Below are positions 47,735 to 57,039 of a stretch of DNA of 64,000 nt, in pieces. This DNA is from Longimicrobiales bacterium. Its GTDB lineage: Bacteria > Gemmatimonadota > Gemmatimonadetes > Longimicrobiales > RSA9. The stretch spans positions 10,448 to 74,447 of the forward strand of contig DASVCS010000032.1 of the NCBI GenBank assembly GCA_036381495.1. Direction: 5' to 3'. Each line of letters starts with the position of its first letter. Position 1 is the stretch's first letter. A program made the position numbers and the translations under genes. The notes below the pieces were generated by a model that worked only from the letters and a program-made list of their open reading frames with translations, did no database searches and was not told the origin of the DNA.

Positions 47735-49480
47735 TCAGTCGCCGCGCGCGATCAGCGCCTTCTGGAACTCGATGTACTGGTTCACGTTATCGATGAGTTT
47801 CTGGAAGTTCGCGCCCTGCGCCTGCTCGCCGTACGCCCGGCCCTGCTCCAGTTGCTCGAGCGCCCGCTGGAAGATCGGGAGCGCCTTCTTCGCCGATGCG
47901 GCCGTGGCCGGTTCCTGGACCCGCCGCGCCCGATCGAGCAGCACGTAGCCGATGAAGAAATGAGCCATCGACTGGGTGTTCGCATCGGTCGCGAGCTCGA
48001 GCGTCGCCTCGAAGTACGGCAGCGCCTCGTCGTAGAGCTTTTGCTCGAACTTCTGGTTGAAGCCCACTCCGAGAATCGCCAACGCGGCGGCATTCGAACT
48101 GATTTCACCTCGCTCCACCGCCTGGCGGAACGCCTCGACCGCGCGGGTCAGATCTCCGCTCTGCACGAGCCACTGACCCTTGAGCGCCATGACGCTCTCG
48201 GCATCCGGATCGCGTGCCAGGAGCGAGTCCAGCGCCGCGAGTGCCTCTTCGACACGCCCCGCATCCTTGAGTGCCGACGCGTAGGTGCTCCACAAGCTCA
48301 CGTCGTTCGGGTACACGGTCAACGCCCGCGCCCCGAACTGGATCGCCTCATCGGTGCGCTTGAGCGCCGTCAGCGCGTTCATCTTCTGAGCGAACACCTC
48401 GAGCTCTGCGCTGTCGCCCCTCGCCGCGACGACCTTGTCGAAGTAGCCGACCGCCTTCTCGTACAGCGCCGCTGCCTCCGGTGCGAGCGCCTGTGCTCCG
48501 CTGTCCTGACCCGCCGTCGGGTGCGCCCGCTCCGCGGCGGCGCTGACCGCGTAGAAGCCGGCGAATTTGAGCAGGGTCAGGTTCGTCGAATCGGTCCGCA
48601 ACCCCTCCTCGGCGATCTGGAGCGCACCCTCCGCATCACCGGCCTTCGCCGCTTCCGTCGCGATCGTGAGCCGGACCTGCACGTTGCCCGGGTTCAGCTC
48701 GAGGTAGCGACGGTAGTACGTGCGGGACTCGTCGTTGCGCTCCAGCTTGGCCGTGATGAAGCCCGCCGCGTTGAGCGCCTCCGTGTTCGCCGGATTCTGC
48801 TCGAGCACCTTCTCCATCGGCGCGAGCGCCTCATCGAAGCGGCCCATCTGCATGAGCGCGTAGCCCTTGCCGTAGAGTGCGGCGGGGAACTCGGGATCGA
48901 TCTGGAGCGCCCGCTCGCATCGCTCGAGCGCCGTGTCCCACATCTCGTTCGCCAGGTCCTGGGTGCAGTACGCGACCGTGCTGATCAGGTTCACGTAATC
49001 CTTGAAGGACGTGAAGATCTGCTGCGCCGCCTGCTTGGGCTCGGTGGCCGTGACCGTCGGCGCGGTGAACGTGACCTGGTCCTCGGCGCTGATGAACTCC
49101 GCCTTGACCTCCATTCCCGCGGTCGTCTCGGAGTAAGTCCCGCACATCACCAGTTGGTACCCCTCACGCGCGGCGAGCTGTCGCGCCTGGATGCACGTCA
49201 ACTCGTCTTCGTCGAGGTGGTACTTGTCGAGCGCATCGTCGAAGTCATCGTCGTCGACCGGCACGTGCGTCGGGAGCTGATTGATGAGCTTCCGCAGCTC
49301 CTTCGCGACGTCTTCGCCGAAGTCCTCGTCGATGTCACCCTGGCGTTCCAGCCGAGGCACCAGCACCTGGAATCGCTCCTGTTGCGCCTGGGCGGGCGCC
49401 GAGAACAGCAGCGCACCGACGGCCGCGAGTCCCAAGGTGAGGGCAACGTTCCGTCGCCGATTCGTGGGCGTGTACACCAT
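47735..49480 (-). CDS. Secreted TPR-repeat protein
   Basis: Signal peptide (RRNVALTLGLAAVGALLFSAPAQAQ) followed by many TPR-like A..Y...G....A repeats through to the C-terminus. Confidence 0.75.
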   Translation of the reverse strand: MVYTPTNRRRNVALTLGLAAVGALLFSAPAQAQQERFQVLVPRLERQGDIDEDFGEDVAKELRKLINQLPTHVPVDDDDFDDALDKYHLDEDELTCIQARQLAAREGYQLVMCGTYSETTAGMEVKAEFISAEDQVTFTAPTVTATEPKQAAQQIFTSFKDYVNLISTVAYCTQDLANEMWDTALERCERALQIDPEFPAALYGKGYALMQMGRFDEALAPMEKVLEQNPANTEALNAAGFITAKLERNDESRTYYRRYLELNPGNVQVRLTIATEAAKAGDAEGALQIAEEGLRTDSTNLTLLKFAGFYAVSAAAERAHPTAGQDSGAQALAPEAAALYEKAVGYFDKVVAARGDSAELEVFAQKMNALTALKRTDEAIQFGARALTVYPNDVSLWSTYASALKDAGRVEEALAALDSLLARDPDAESVMALKGQWLVQSGDLTRAVEAFRQAVERGEISSNAAALAILGVGFNQKFEQKLYDEALPYFEATLELATDANTQSMAHFFIGYVLLDRARRVQEPATAASAKKALPIFQRALEQLEQGRAYGEQAQGANFQKLIDNVNQYIEFQKALIARGD

Positions 49481-49737
49481 CTCCGGGATCTCCGAGTTGG
49501 GGGATGTACATCTGATGGCGGCCAAGAGCGCCGCTCCGTGTGTACTATGCCGCGCGTGCAAAAAAAGTTCGACCCGGCGCACACGTGGCTCGAGGCGCTG
49601 GCGCTACCTCCGCGTACGGTCGGGAACGCAGTCCTGTCTGAAACGCCCCATAATATGCAACGGCGGAGGCCATCGCAAGACGTGCGCCGATCGAGATGGA
49701 GGCCGCCGGTCGCGGCGGCATCCTCGCCGATGCGGAT

Positions 49738-51930
49738 TCAGTCCTCGTCGGCATCCGGTGCTCCCAGCATCTGCCGCATGCGATCGAAGAAGTTCTCGCG
49801 GAGATCGGCGGACTCCTCCGGCGAGAGCAGGGTCTCCGCGGTCTTGACGTTGAGGAGCTCGGCCGGGATCTCCTCGAGGAAACGGGACGGCAGCGATGGC
49901 ACGAGCTCGCCTCCCTTCCGGCGCGCGCGGCACAGCGACAACGTCAGGCGACGCCTGGCCCGCGTGATCCCGACGTAGAACAGCCGCCGCTCCTCGGCGA
50001 GCGGATCGCCGCGCGGGGTCTCGGCCTCGGCATCGGCCAGCGAGCGCGCGTGGGGCAGGATCCCCTCTTCCAGGCCGACGATGAACACGTCGGAGAACTC
50101 GAGCCCCTTGGCCGAGTGCAGCGTCATGAGCGCGACGGTCGCATCGTCCTCGCGGTCGTGGCCATCGCGATCGTCGCCGTCCGCGAGCGCAATGCGTGCG
50201 AGCGCGTCGGCGAGCGACGGCGGGAATCCGGCGGCACCTTCGCGCTCCGCCTCCTCCGTCGCGGCCGCCCAGACGCGGCGTTCGTAGCGTGCGATCGAGC
50301 CGACCAGGTCGCGCAGGTTGTCGACGCGCGCATCGGCGGAGCGCGCATTGCGGGGATCGGCGCGGATCGCCGCTTCGAGGCCCAGTCGATCGAAGAAGTC
50401 GTGCGCCCAGCGTGCGATCGGCGGCATCTCGGCCGCGGGCGGCGTCCGCCGCGCCTCGGCTTCGGCCGCCTCCAGCGTTCGCCGGGCGTCACGCAGCACG
50501 GCGAGGAACGTCCCGATCGCGTGGGCCGCCGCGCCGCCCACGTCGTCTTCGCCGGCCGAGCGTAGTGCCTCCGCGAAGGATACGTTGCGCGCCTGCGCCT
50601 GCTCGGCAAGCTTCAACACCGTCGCGCGCCCGATGCCTCGCGCCGGATAGTTGATGATGCGCCGCAGCGCGATCTCGTCGTCCGGGTGGACCACCGCGCG
50701 CAGGTAGGCGATGGCGTCGGCCACCTCCTTGCGCTCGAAGAACGAGGTCCCGCCGATCACCCGGTAGGGCACGTTCTTCGCCCGCAGCGCCTCTTCGAGC
50801 GGACGCGCCTGCGTGTTCACACGGTAGAGCACCGCGAAGTCGCCCCACTTCAGCTTCTGCGTGAAGGCACGGACGCTGATCTCCGCCGCGATCGTCTCCG
50901 CCTCCGCCTCCTCATCCGCGTGCTCGTACGAGTCGATCGGCGCGCCGATCCCGTTGGCCGTCCGGAGCCGCTTCGGATGGCGCCGCGGGTTGCCCGCGAT
51001 CACTGCATTGGCCGCCTCCAGGATCCGCCGCGTCGAGCGGTAGTTCTGCTCGAGCGTGATCACGCGCGCGCCCGGGAAGTGCCGCTCGAATTCGAGGATA
51101 TTGCCCACGTCGGCACCGCGGAACGCGTAGATCGCCTGGTCGTCATCGCCCACCACGCACAGGTTGCGGCGGGATCCGGCCAGGAGCCGTGCCAGCTCGA
51201 ACTGCACCGCGTTGGTGTCCTGGTACTCGTCGATCATGAGGTAATGCCAGCGGCGCCAGAGGTCGCGGCGTGCCTCTTCGTCCGCCTCCAGCAGGCGCAC
51301 GGGCAGGAGCAGCAGGTCGTCGAAGTCCACGGCGCCGGACGCGCGCAGGATTTCTTCGTAGCGCGCGTAGGCGCCGGCGGCGAGGATTTCGTAGTCATCG
51401 GAGCGGTTGCCGCGCATCGGCGCTTCGCGCACCTCGCGCGCCGCCACCTCGGGCGAGATGCGCCGGCCTTTCCAATCGGAGATCCGGCGGAGCACCCGCT
51501 TCAGGTCGAAGCGATCGTCATCGATCGAGATCTCGGCGCACGCGGTCTTGAGCGCCGCGAGCTGGTCCGGCGCGGCGTAGATGGCGAAGCGCTGGGGCAA
51601 TCCCAGGCGCGACGCGTGTGCGCGCAGGATCCGCACGCCGAGCGAGTGGAACGTGCTGATCACCACTGCGCGCGCCTCGCGCCCGGCGTACGACTGCACG
51701 CGCTGCCGCATCTCTTCCGCCGCGCGGTTCGTGAACGTCACCACCACGATCCGCGCCGGGTCCACCTTATGCCCCCGGATCAGGTGCACGATGCGGTGCA
51801 CCAGCGTCTTCGTCTTCCCCGAGCCGGCGCCCGCGAGTACCAGCAGCGGGCCTTCCGTGTGCAGCACGGCTGCGCGCTGCTCGGGGTTCAGGTCGGACAG
51901 GTAACGGGTCGATGTGGCCGTCGGAGGCAT
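49738..51930 (-). CDS. ATP-dependent DNA helicase UvrD/PcrA family
   Basis: SF1 helicase motifs (LNPEQRAAV, AGAGSGKTKTLVHR, DEYQDTN, TLEQNYRS, TLHSAKGLEF, YVGITRAR). Confidence 0.9.
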   Translation of the reverse strand: MPPTATSTRYLSDLNPEQRAAVLHTEGPLLVLAGAGSGKTKTLVHRIVHLIRGHKVDPARIVVVTFTNRAAEEMRQRVQSYAGREARAVVISTFHSLGVRILRAHASRLGLPQRFAIYAAPDQLAALKTACAEISIDDDRFDLKRVLRRISDWKGRRISPEVAAREVREAPMRGNRSDDYEILAAGAYARYEEILRASGAVDFDDLLLLPVRLLEADEEARRDLWRRWHYLMIDEYQDTNAVQFELARLLAGSRRNLCVVGDDDQAIYAFRGADVGNILEFERHFPGARVITLEQNYRSTRRILEAANAVIAGNPRRHPKRLRTANGIGAPIDSYEHADEEAEAETIAAEISVRAFTQKLKWGDFAVLYRVNTQARPLEEALRAKNVPYRVIGGTSFFERKEVADAIAYLRAVVHPDDEIALRRIINYPARGIGRATVLKLAEQAQARNVSFAEALRSAGEDDVGGAAAHAIGTFLAVLRDARRTLEAAEAEARRTPPAAEMPPIARWAHDFFDRLGLEAAIRADPRNARSADARVDNLRDLVGSIARYERRVWAAATEEAEREGAAGFPPSLADALARIALADGDDRDGHDREDDATVALMTLHSAKGLEFSDVFIVGLEEGILPHARSLADAEAETPRGDPLAEERRLFYVGITRARRRLTLSLCRARRKGGELVPSLPSRFLEEIPAELLNVKTAETLLSPEESADLRENFFDRMRQMLGAPDADED

Positions 51931-52149
51931 ACGCTCGGATGCTGCCGGTCGCGGTCGAAAAAGGCGGGAATATGGGGCGCCCGCGTCGATCGTTCAACCC
52001 GCCTCGCGGATGTCGCGCGCGTGCCGACGCCTCGATCGCCCCGTTGTCGACTGCACGGGAGTGCCCGTTCGATGTCGTCGGCCGCGGCGCGCGCCGGGTG
52101 TGCATCTTGCGATGCCCTCCAGCGGAGTCCGCAACCCGCCGGAGGACGC

Positions 52150-52581
52150 ATGGGACGGCACCAGGACCGCAGCGCGGCGAACGCCGCCGGACCGGACCGG
52201 CCGGAGGAGGCCGGTGAGGACCGCTTCGAGCACGTCGCGATCGGCTACGTGGACCGCCGGGATCTCGATGACTTCATCGACGGCGAGCAGGGCGACGTGA
52301 CGATCCACGGCCCCATCCATACGGGTCGGCGCATCGAGGACGTCGCGACGCTCGGTACCGGCGCGACGGAGGGCACGCCGTGCCTGGTGGTCCCGCTCAT
52401 CCGCGAACGGATCGGCGACATCCACCGCGAGGTCTCGGCCGTCCTCGATCGCTACGAGGGTCGGCCGCGCAAGGCGCCGCGCGGCCGCCGGCCCCGAACG
52501 CTCCGCGAGACCGGCGGCACCGCGCGCGGCACGACCTCCGGCGCGATCCGCACCGGTTCCAGGGACACCGGCGAGGGATGA
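52150..52581 (+). CDS. Hypothetical protein (143 aa)
   Basis: ATG preceded by GGAGGA. Third-position G/C is high. Only the last 143 codons of a 631-aa ORF lie outside the uvrD antisense shadow. No family recognised. Confidence 0.4.
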   Translation: MGRHQDRSAANAAGPDRPEEAGEDRFEHVAIGYVDRRDLDDFIDGEQGDVTIHGPIHTGRRIEDVATLGTGATEGTPCLVVPLIRERIGDIHREVSAVLDRYEGRPRKAPRGRRPRTLRETGGTARGTTSGAIRTGSRDTGEG

Positions 52582-52704
52582 CGGCGCGCTGCCCGCGCCC
52601 ACGGCTCCGCGCGAGACGCTCGTTCGCCCGGACGCTCCGCGACGGCGCGGGGGGCGCCGAACGCGTGCATCGGGCCGCTCCGCCCGTGCCGTGCGCGCGC
52701 CGGC

Positions 52705-53847
52705 CTACCCCAGAACCTGCCTGAAGACCCGAAGGAAGTTGCCGCCCAGGATCTTCCGCACCTCGTCGTCGTCGAAGCCCCGGGCCAGGAGAAGCTCGGT
52801 CAGGCGCGGGAGTGCCGCGGCGTCCGGGAGACCGTCGGGGACGGCGGGAATGCCGTCGAAATCGCTCCCCAGCCCCACGTGATCCGTTCCCGCCGTCGCG
52901 GCGATGTGCTGGATGTGGTCGGCCACCGCCGTGATCGGGACGGGCGGGAGTTCCGCGCAACGGGCGGCCAGCCACGCGGCTGCCTCGCGGCGGGCACGGT
53001 CGGGGTCGCCGTGTGCGGCCCGGGCGCGCGCCTCACGCGCGTGCCTCTCCGCGTCGATGCGCGCGTAGGCCGCGCCATACCTCGCATCCAGGAAGGTGGG
53101 GAAGAAGTTCACGCCCACGACGCCGCCGGCGCGAGCGAGCGCACGGAGCTGGTCATCCGTCAGGTTGCGCGGGTGGTCCGCCAGCGCGCGGGCGCACGAG
53201 TGGCTCGCGATGACCGGCGCCGCACTCACCTCCAGTGCGTCGTAGAAGGTGGACTCGGCCACGTGCGAGACGTCGACGAGCATGCGCAGCCGGTTCATCT
53301 CGCGGACCACATCGCGGCCGAAGGTGGTGAGCCCGCCGTGGCGCGGCGGCGGACCGGCGGCATCCGCCCAGTCGTTGTGGTTGTTCCACGTCAGCGTCAG
53401 GTACCGCACGCCCCGGGCGTACAGCCGGCGCAGGTTGTCGATCGAGTTCTCGATCGCGTGTCCGCCCTCGACGCCGATCATGATGGCGACATCGCCTGCC
53501 GCACGGGCACCGGCGATCCCGTCCGCGTCGACGACCACGCGGGCGCCCGCCGTCCGGCCGATCACCCGGTGGATCGCGTCCACCAGTTCCAACGCGTGGG
53601 CGAACGATGCGCCCGGCAACTCCGCCTTCTCGGCGGGCACCCACGCAATCAGGAACTGGACGCCGACGCCCCCCTCCCGCAGACGCGGCAGATCGATGTG
53701 GCCGTTCTCGTGCCGCGCGCCGAAGTCGTAGCCGGGCTCCAGGAAGAACTCGGTGGGTGTGTCCGCGTGCGTGTCCACGATGACCGCATCGCGGTGCACC
53801 CGCGCGGCCGCGGCCGCCATCGGTCCGGCCCGCTCCTCCGCGCTCAT
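52705..53847 (-). CDS. Membrane (renal-type) dipeptidase, peptidase M19
   Basis: VIVDTHADTP, GGVGVQFLIAWV, MIGVEGGHAIE, YLTLTWNNHNDWAD, VDVSHV, HVGLGSDFDG. The start ATG overlaps the mpg TGA. Confidence 0.85.
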   Translation of the reverse strand: MSAEERAGPMAAAAARVHRDAVIVDTHADTPTEFFLEPGYDFGARHENGHIDLPRLREGGVGVQFLIAWVPAEKAELPGASFAHALELVDAIHRVIGRTAGARVVVDADGIAGARAAGDVAIMIGVEGGHAIENSIDNLRRLYARGVRYLTLTWNNHNDWADAAGPPPRHGGLTTFGRDVVREMNRLRMLVDVSHVAESTFYDALEVSAAPVIASHSCARALADHPRNLTDDQLRALARAGGVVGVNFFPTFLDARYGAAYARIDAERHAREARARAAHGDPDRARREAAAWLAARCAELPPVPITAVADHIQHIAATAGTDHVGLGSDFDGIPAVPDGLPDAAALPRLTELLLARGFDDDEVRKILGGNFLRVFRQVLG

Positions 53848-54449
53848 CGCGAGACCCAGGGGTTGCCGCGCAGATGGAACCGCAACGGCCAGTCCGCGGC
53901 GTGACGGATGCCGATCCGGGGGCCCGCCTCGATCATCGCCGGGTCCACCCCCGGACCCGCGCGGATCCACAGCGGCGGCCCCTCGAGCCGCACGCCGTTC
54001 TGCGCGCCGGAAATGCCGAGCGCCTGCGCCAGCCGCCCCGGCCCGCGGGCCAGCTCACGGTCCGCACAACGCCCACCGCGGCGCTCCCGCATGACCGCCA
54101 GTCCCTCGATCGGCTCGAGCGCGCGGATCAACACCGCCGCCGGGTAGCCCTCCGGTCCGGTCACCACGTTCACGCACCAGTGGATGCCGTAGCTGCGATA
54201 CACGTACGCCGTCCCACCCGGCCCGAACATGGCCGCGTTCCTCGCAGTCCGGCCCACCCGCGCGGCCGCGTGCGACGCCGGGTCGTGCGGACCGACGTAC
54301 GCCTCGGTCTCGACGATCCGGCCCGCCGTCGTACGCCCATCGAGCGTCGACACCAGAACGGCGCCGAGGAGGTCGCGGGCGACCTCCTCGGCGGGACGAC
54401 AGTAGAACGACCGCGGCGGAGCCGCGCCCTCCGGCACGCATACCGTCAC
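53844..54449 (-). CDS. mpg: DNA-3-methyladenine glycosylase (Mpg/AAG family)
   Basis: RIVETEAYVGPHDPASHA, GTAYVYRSYGIHWCVNVV, LIRALEP, GPGRLAQALGI. Confidence 0.85.
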   Translation of the reverse strand: MTVCVPEGAAPPRSFYCRPAEEVARDLLGAVLVSTLDGRTTAGRIVETEAYVGPHDPASHAAARVGRTARNAAMFGPGGTAYVYRSYGIHWCVNVVTGPEGYPAAVLIRALEPIEGLAVMRERRGGRCADRELARGPGRLAQALGISGAQNGVRLEGPPLWIRAGPGVDPAMIEAGPRIGIRHAADWPLRFHLRGNPWVSR

Positions 54450-56746
54450 TCGGAGCCGCCCGCCGCCACCTGACTCTTCTTCTTGCGGCCACCGCGCCGG
54501 CCGCGCCGGCTCCGCGACCGCTGCGGCGCCTCATCCCCGTCCGGCGTGGCATCCGCCCCGGCCGCGTTCGATGCCGGCGTCGATTCCTCCGGCCCCCGGG
54601 CCTGCGCCGCCGGCGCCGCCGTCGCATCGGCCATCGATGCCGGCGACTCCGCCTCCGGCTTCCGGCGCGAACGGCTCGAGTTCGCTCCGCGCGCCGGCTG
54701 CTTCGCCTCCGCCGGCTGTTCGGCCGATGAGCCGGAGACCGACGTGCGCTGCGCATAGTCCGACCGCCACGCGGCGAGCACCGTGCCGGCGCGACGCTCA
54801 CCGAGAACGGCCCGCACACGCGCCTCGTCCGTCTGGAGCGCATCGAACACGCCGGCCGCGCCGAACGTCTCGATCAGTACGTCCGCGGTCTTCCTCCCCA
54901 CACCCTTGTACCGGTTCGCGAGATACGACCTCACGGCGTCCGCGTCGGTCGGCAGACCGAGCTGCGCCGCCACCGACGACGACGCCGGCTCGGCCCGGCC
55001 GGAGCGCGCGCGTCCGCCGCGCTCCCGCTCCGCCGACGCGGCACTGCGCCCGTTCGAACCCTCTGCGGCCGGCTCGATCGCCGGCGCGCCGCCGGCCGTG
55101 CTCGCCGCCCGGCTCCAGCCCATCCCCGCCGGCACCGCCTGTCCGGGGAGGACCGGTGGCGGCCCCACACCTGCCGCACGACCGCGGGTCCCACGTCGGA
55201 ACCCGATGCCCCGCGGCACCGACCTCGCCGCAGCCGGCGTCGCAGCGATCGTCACTTCCGCCGGCCGCGCCGCCGCATCCCGCGCCGCGCCCGCACGCTC
55301 CACCTCGTCGGCCGGATGCACGGCCTCCGCCCGCGGCGACTCCGCGGCCGGCTCCGCCTTCGGCCCCTCCGTCCGCGGTCCCTCCGGCCGCGCGGGTTCC
55401 GCCCGTGATGCCGCGGTCACCGCCGGACGCGGCTCCGCAGCCGGCGCCGCCTCGGATGCGGTCCGACGCCCGCGGCTCGAGCCTCCCCTCGATGAACGGG
55501 ACGACGGCTGCTCCACCCCCTTCGGCGGCTGCGACGCACCGGCGAGCGTGACTTCGTACACGCCATCGCCCGCCTTGCGGAGATCGATGACTTCCGCATC
55601 GTGCGCCTGGCGGAGGAAGCGGCTGAAACGGCTGAAGCCCACGCTGGATTCGTCCCAGCCCGGCTCGAGCGCCAGCATCTGGCGCTTCACGTCCGAGTCG
55701 CGCGCCACGGCGGATCCGTCCGCGAGCACCTGCTCGACGGCCCGGCGCAGCAATGCATACGCGGCGCGCAACGGGTCGCTCCCGGCGCGTCCGGTATCGA
55801 CGGGTTCGGCTTCCGCCGGAGCCGCGGCGTCGACCGGCTCGACGCCGACTTCCACCGGCTCTTCCCGTTCGGCCGCCGAACGGCCGCGACCGCCCCGCGA
55901 ACGACGCGCCTGGTCCCGCGAGCGCCGTGGCTCCGACTCCGCCGCGTCGGACGCACTGCCGGCCGCACTCCGGCCGTTCGCCGGCTGGACCTCCCACTGG
56001 CCGTTGTCGAGCTTCTTCAGGTGCAGGCACCCCCGGCTCGAGGCGTCCGAGAGGAACTTGCTGAACTTGCTGTAGCCGATCTCCTTCTCATTGAAATTCG
56101 GATCCAGCTCGACCATCACCTGCTTGAGCCGGTCCGAGCGCATGACATCCTTGCGCTCCGCCATCCGGCGGACGGCCTCCTCGACCAGGACCCAGGGGTC
56201 GCCGATCCCGCGGCCATCCTCCTCGCTCTTCCGCGTCAGCCCCGAGAGCGCCGAGTACGAGTAGTACTCGTCGCAGTTCTGGACCAACAAGTCCGAGGCG
56301 GACTCGCGGATCCCCACGCCGATCACGTACTTGCCGTATTCCTTCAGCTTCAGCACCAGACTGCTGAAGTCCGAATCCCCGGAGAGCAGAATGAACGTCC
56401 CGATCTCCGGCCGCGTGAAGACCAACTCCAGCGCATCGATCGCGAGCCGGATGTCCGTCGCGTTCTTCTTCGAGCTGCCGTACGCCGGCGCGAAGATCAG
56501 GTCGACCGACGACTCCGCGAGCTGGACGATGTATTGAGGGTAGCGGCGCCAGTCCGCGTAGGCACGCTGAACGGCGACTTTGCCCTTGATGATGTCGCTG
56601 TCGAGGAGGTTCTTGAGTTCCTTGGAAAGGTCGTCGCGGATCCCCAACGTCACGTTGTCGAAGTCGATGAGGAGCGCCGCGTTCGGTGCGTGCTGATCCG
56701 ATGTGAATCGCCCCTGGTGGGGAGCACGCGCAAATTGTGCAGCCAT
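54446..56746 (-). CDS. NYN (LabA-like) nuclease-domain protein with two OST-HTH/LOTUS domains and a C-terminal HhH-like module
   Basis: NYN core (ALLIDFDNV...RAYADW...KNATDIRLAIDA...FILLSGDSDF). There are two OST-HTH-like units (GYSKFSKFLSDASSRGCLHLKK; GFSRFSRFLRQAHDAEVIDLRK) and ~300 aa of Ala/Pro/Arg/Glu-rich disorder. The tail is YKGVGRKTADVLIETFG. Confidence 0.8.
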   Translation of the reverse strand: MAAQFARAPHQGRFTSDQHAPNAALLIDFDNVTLGIRDDLSKELKNLLDSDIIKGKVAVQRAYADWRRYPQYIVQLAESSVDLIFAPAYGSSKKNATDIRLAIDALELVFTRPEIGTFILLSGDSDFSSLVLKLKEYGKYVIGVGIRESASDLLVQNCDEYYSYSALSGLTRKSEEDGRGIGDPWVLVEEAVRRMAERKDVMRSDRLKQVMVELDPNFNEKEIGYSKFSKFLSDASSRGCLHLKKLDNGQWEVQPANGRSAAGSASDAAESEPRRSRDQARRSRGGRGRSAAEREEPVEVGVEPVDAAAPAEAEPVDTGRAGSDPLRAAYALLRRAVEQVLADGSAVARDSDVKRQMLALEPGWDESSVGFSRFSRFLRQAHDAEVIDLRKAGDGVYEVTLAGASQPPKGVEQPSSRSSRGGSSRGRRTASEAAPAAEPRPAVTAASRAEPARPEGPRTEGPKAEPAAESPRAEAVHPADEVERAGAARDAAARPAEVTIAATPAAARSVPRGIGFRRGTRGRAAGVGPPPVLPGQAVPAGMGWSRAASTAGGAPAIEPAAEGSNGRSAASAERERGGRARSGRAEPASSSVAAQLGLPTDADAVRSYLANRYKGVGRKTADVLIETFGAAGVFDALQTDEARVRAVLGERRAGTVLAAWRSDYAQRTSVSGSSAEQPAEAKQPARGANSSRSRRKPEAESPASMADATAAPAAQARGPEESTPASNAAGADATPDGDEAPQRSRSRRGRRGGRKKKSQVAAGGSE

Positions 56747-57039
56747 GTGCCTCGCTTTGTGTTTGTGGTTCTGCTGTCCGCGAGGCCCCTTCCTCTCCAT
56801 GCGGCGGCGAGTCCCCACCCCGAGCCCCGATCCCCACGCCGATCATCACGTGGAAACCGGGGGCGGCGTGGCCCGCGGCCGCGGGACGAGTGAAGGAGTC
56901 CCGCTCTCGTCGATTGTCAATCTCCGGCGGCACAGCCGCCGTTTTCACTCCCGGCCGGTTCGCCCGGCGCACCGGACCGGCGTGCGGCGCCGCCCCATCC
57001 GGCGGCGCCGCCCTGCCCGGCGGGCCCGACGCCCGGCCG

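Noticed and set aside
49555-49660. A7/T7 run and TAATAT-like box between uvrD and the TPR gene, considered as a uvrD terminator or TPR promoter.
   Set aside because: There is no stable stem preceding the T-run on the minus strand and no properly spaced -35/-10 pair. The function cannot be supported from sequence.
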